Shown piece after piece: positions 62,559 through 64,000 of a stretch of 64,000 nt of DNA. The stretch lies in contig NC_068999.1 in the NCBI RefSeq assembly GCF_001194135.2, positions 54,872,960-54,936,959 of the forward strand, given 5' to 3'. Made by a program: the position numbers and the translations under genes. The first letter of the stretch is position 1; each line of letters opens with the position of its first letter. Below the pieces are notes generated by a model. That model worked only from the letters and a program-made list of their open reading frames with translations. It made no database searches and had not been told where the DNA came from. The stretch comes from Octopus bimaculoides (Eukaryota).

Positions 62559-64000
62559 ATNNNNNNNNNNTATATATATATATATGTGTATGTATATGTA
62601 TGTGTAGGTATGTGTATGTATATGTGTGTGTATGAATATATATATATAGACGTGTTTGTATATGTATGTATAGACGTGTTTATGTATATGTTTGTATATA
62701 CATGTCCATATTTACCTCTGATTATTATATTGAATATACACCAACTTTATTACATACAGGATCTCTTTATTAGAGTTGGGCGTATAAGGCAGTGAGTTAG
62801 CATGCTGGGTGAAATGCTTAGTGGCATTTCATCTTTTATGTTCTGAGTTCAAATTCTGCTGAGGTTAACTTTGTCTTTCATCCTTTCGGGGTTGACCTTG
62901 GTGGTATTTGAACTAACTCTGAACTTTAATGATCGTTTGAAATTTTGGCACAAGGCCAGTGATTTCAGGAGTTGGGTGTCGGTCTGTTACATCAACATCA
63001 GTACTTGACTGGTACTTATTTCGACGCCAGATGGATGAAAGACAGTCGACATTGGTAGAATTTGAACTTAGGATGTAAAGATGGATGAAATACCATTAAG
63101 CATTTTGTCCCATGTACTGAAGATTGTTCCTGCTCATTTCCTTAATAATAATAATAATAATAATAATAAATGCCCTGATGCAGTACCAGGCAGTAGCTCT
63201 CATGGCTTCTGATTTAAACTGATTGGAAGTGTTATCATGTACATTGTTTGTCTTGGTATAAAAGATAGGCTACAGCAAATATTCTATTCAATACCACAGA
63301 TTTACTTGTCAGTTGTTTGACCATAACCATTTGAGCATGTCCGTTAGTGGCTGATGATATGTGCATCTCTGATCACGAGCAGAAGTAGTGGGGAGCATCA
63401 TAGCTATGTGTTGAGAGGAATTCTTTGTTGTTTGGATAATTCATCTCTGGAAACCTGGGTGTTTTGTTCATCATCCTTAATTCAGGGTTAGGGTTAGGGT
63501 TATTCAGGGACCTTTCGAGTGGGATGGGCCACTCGATCTGAAGGAAATTCTAACTGGGCCCCACCTGCAAGGTCTGCACTGTTTATCTTGATATGAGACC
63601 ACTATGTTGCCACATATGGTTGTGATGCATGTGCCTGGTGTACCCTTATCAGACAGATAGTCATGTTGGGTATACTGGGCTTCATATATTTTACCCCAGC
63701 GTCACTTTGATGGCATGCACTGATAGGATGAAAGGCAAAGTCGACCTTGGCAGAATTTGAACTCAGAATATTAAGATGGTTGAAATGCCACTAAGCATTT
63801 TGCCTGGCATGCTAATGCTTCTGCTAGCTCTCTGCCTTCAGCAATGATTATTAATAATAATAATAGTGATGATGATGATGATGATACCAGATGCCTTGGT
63901 TACTTTTCTTTCATTTTTGTCATCTTTTGCAGTGCCTTATGAGATAACTGAATCTGAGCTCTTGAAAGATCTAGTCTATGTGTTCCAAGGTATTGAAGGA
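36558..64000 (+). CDS. TUBGCP3: Gamma-tubulin complex component 3 (GCP3/Spc98 family), multi-exon gene, 3'-truncated by the window edge. join(36558..36639,41861..41906,50385..50446,51270..51337,51998..52075,55959..56146,61448..61524,62303..62398,63933..>64000)
   Basis: Nine exons with canonical AG/GT sites and matching phases splice into a stop-free 255-aa ORF: [105 protein letters not shown]...[23 protein letters not shown]. This is colinear with recalled human GCP3 ([32 protein letters not shown]...[25 protein letters not shown]...[21 protein letters not shown]). Confidence 0.93.
38749..39672 (+). mobile_element. maT/DD37D transposon with both ends and an internal deletion of ~420 bp
   Basis: Ends (T)AGGGTG...CACCCTG|TA; [18 protein letters not shown] and [16 protein letters not shown] give DD37D once a one-base frameshift is restored; the deletion is relative to 18172-19002. 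Confidence 0.85.
39681..40148. mobile_element. Tigger-like MITE
   Basis: TA|CAGTAATCCCT ... AGGGATTACTG terminal inverted repeats; partial second copy at ~6660-6897. Confidence 0.75.
40189..41336 (+). mobile_element. Degenerate mariner transposon (DD34D type), 3'-truncated
   Basis: Fragments [47 protein letters not shown] and [13 protein letters not shown] in broken frames. Confidence 0.85.
41861..41906 (+). CDS. TUBGCP3: GCP3 exon 2 (46 nt; (D)[14 protein letters not shown](M), phase 1 to 2)
   Basis: Acceptor TCTTTTTCAG, donor GTATGT; bridges exon 1 and exon 3 in frame; YQHAIKII resembles human FQYAVRVI. Confidence 0.85.
44860..45400 (-). mobile_element. hAT (Charlie/Buster, ZBED5/FAM200-like) transposase C-terminal fragment
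   Basis: [15 protein letters not shown]...WKFIRNPF...FWIKY...[15 protein letters not shown] and [21 protein letters not shown] correspond to the hAT dimerisation domain; frameshifted. Confidence 0.88.
45560..46320 (+). mobile_element. Degenerate mariner transposase fragment (Hsmar1/cecropia-like)
   Basis: [47 protein letters not shown] and [10 protein letters not shown] motifs with stops; truncated at (TA)n. Confidence 0.85.
47041..47206 (-). mobile_element. RTE-tail retroposon fragment (young subfamily)
   Basis: Ends in an (ATG)n tail on the minus strand; identical over 166 bp to 50561-50726. Confidence 0.85.
47723..48223. mobile_element. Non-autonomous Tc1/mariner deletion derivative (501 bp)
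   Basis: TA|CAGGGTGTTCCAGAATT ... AATTCTGGGACACTTTG|TA; internal minus-strand remnant [24 protein letters not shown] resembles a transposase C-terminus. Confidence 0.7.
50385..50446 (+). CDS. TUBGCP3: GCP3 exon 3 (62 nt; [20 protein letters not shown], phase 2 to 1)
   Basis: Acceptor TCTGTATCTTTCAG, donor GTAAGT; [10 protein letters not shown] resembles human [10 protein letters not shown]. Confidence 0.9.
50546..50751 (-). mobile_element. RTE-tail retroposon fragment (young subfamily), cut by an N gap
   Basis: Same 3' tail as the RTE LINE at 56213; (ATC)n on the plus strand. Confidence 0.85.
51270..51337 (+). CDS. TUBGCP3: GCP3 exon 4 (68 nt; (L)[22 protein letters not shown], phase 1 to 0)
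   Basis: Acceptor TTTTCTGATTGCAG, donor GTAAGT; 23 codons aligning with human [23 protein letters not shown]. Confidence 0.88.
51550..51758. mobile_element. piggyBac-like MITE (209 bp)
   Basis: TTAA TSDs at 51546-51549 and 51759-51762; perfect TIR CCCTTTAGCATT/AATGCTAAAGGG; decayed relatives at ~31775-31995, ~34160-34400, ~61080-61248 and ~62040-62141. Confidence 0.8.
51998..52075 (+). CDS. TUBGCP3: GCP3 exon 5 (78 nt; [26 protein letters not shown], phase 0 to 0)
   Basis: Long polypyrimidine tract + CAG, donor GTAATT; aligns with human [26 protein letters not shown]. Confidence 0.88.
52192..53030 (-). mobile_element. Helitron remnant: RepHel coding fragments joined to a CTAG 3' end
   Basis: Peptides [28 protein letters not shown]...[13 protein letters not shown] and [24 protein letters not shown]...[10 protein letters not shown] resemble the region between Rep and PIF1 helicase; A|CTAGCAGAGGCACCCAGTGTTGCC terminus at 52192. 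Confidence 0.8.
55141..55519 (+). mobile_element. Reference-quality copy of the dominant tRNA-derived SINE
   Basis: A box TGGCTGTGTGG (55153-55163), B box GGATTCAGTCC (55195-55205), short internal (TA)(TG) tract and GTAAAAGA tail repeats. Further whole or partial copies at ~4875, 14610, 15270, 16925, 21115, 21955, 27236, 28115, 34400, 35160, 38555, 41500, 42415, 47440 and 49510. Confidence 0.9.
55959..56146 (+). CDS. TUBGCP3: GCP3 exon 6 (188 nt; [18 protein letters not shown]...[16 protein letters not shown], phase 0 to 2)
   Basis: Acceptor TTTCTCCACAG, donor AAG|GTAAGC; Ser-rich linker; LFGQSL resembles human LFAQAL; it is the 3' part of ORF-track entry 55863..56150. Confidence 0.87.
56213..58975 (-). 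mobile_element. RTE-clade LINE, 5'-truncated and degenerate (RT domain + 3'UTR + (ATG)n tail)
   Basis: [18 protein letters not shown]...[20 protein letters not shown]...QFGF...STTDAIF..RQLQEKY...LEKAFDRVP; LLYADDL at ~57810-57830; HGSETW...LHWYGHV. Confidence 0.95.
60592..60899 (+). mobile_element. RTE-tail retroposon, 5'-truncated, (GAT)n tail
   Basis: About 96% identical to the reverse complement of 50561-50726 (about 7 differences in 166 bp). Confidence 0.85.
61448..61524 (+). CDS. TUBGCP3: GCP3 exon 7 (77 nt; (R)[25 protein letters not shown], phase 2 to 1)
   Basis: Strong donor CAG|GTAAGT; acceptor TTTATTAAAG is weaker; the only candidate I found that supplies the phase 2-to-1 bridge needed between exons 6 and 8. 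Confidence 0.72.
62303..62398 (+). CDS. TUBGCP3: GCP3 exon 8 (96 nt; (V)[31 protein letters not shown], phase 1 to 1)
   Basis: Acceptor TTTTGTTTGTTACAG, donor GTAAGG; splices in frame to exon 9 giving M-P-Y-E-I-T-E. Confidence 0.78.
62788..63140. mobile_element. Two oppositely oriented copies of a second tRNA-SINE family (Meta/V-type-like central domain)
   Basis: Plus copy ...GAGTTCAAATTCTGCTGAGGTTAACTTTGTCTTTCATCCTTTCGGGG; minus copy ...GGATGAAAGACAGTCGACATTGGTAGAATTTGAAC; relatives at ~32540, 43290, 51820, 59010 and 63723. Confidence 0.7.
63171..63722. repeat. Interspersed repeat of unresolved class abutting (AAT)n
   Basis: GC-richer 550-bp block starting right after (AAT)n at 63143-63168. 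I recall it as a common Octopus repeat but there is no second copy in this window. Confidence 0.4.
63482..63502 (+). repeat. Short interstitial telomeric repeat TCAGGG(TTAGGG)2TTA
   Basis: Read directly from the sequence; ATTCAGGG is duplicated on both sides. Confidence 0.8.
63933..64000 (+). CDS. TUBGCP3: GCP3 exon 9, partial ((M)[22 protein letters not shown]; start of the GRIP1 domain)
   Basis: Acceptor CATCTTTTGCAG; the diagnostic EITExxLxxDxxYVFQGIxG motif of GCP3. Confidence 0.93.

Overview
Repeat-saturated, AT-rich eukaryotic (animal) genomic DNA with scaffold N-gaps. The repeat landscape ((TA)n/(CA)n/(TACA)n/(ATC)n microsatellites, tRNA-derived SINEs with RTE-type tails, Tc1/mariner, pogo, hAT, piggyBac-like, Helitron, RTE, RLE and Penelope-like remnants) suggests a coleoid cephalopod, probably Octopus (inference from recalled repeat families). 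One host gene is supported: the 5' part of gamma-tubulin complex component 3 (TUBGCP3/GCP3) on the + strand. I reconstructed it by hand as 9 phase-consistent GT-AG exons (36558 to beyond 64000; 765 nt, 255 aa), none of which is correctly captured by the ORF track. The first ~36 kb has no supported host exon. No CRISPR, rRNA or intact tRNA gene was found. I found no clearly new multi-gene system. The best leads are a minimal hammerhead-ribozyme-like motif with a core variant in a Penelope-like repeat, a pre-miRNA-like intronic hairpin, a 109-bp-arm palindrome, two short TTAGGG insertions inside repeats, a SINE whose internal (TA)n tract absorbed three DNA transposons, and conserved STP and SSG-phi-SS motifs in the GCP3 linker. 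All comparisons with human GCP3 and with repeat families are from memory, not from database searches.
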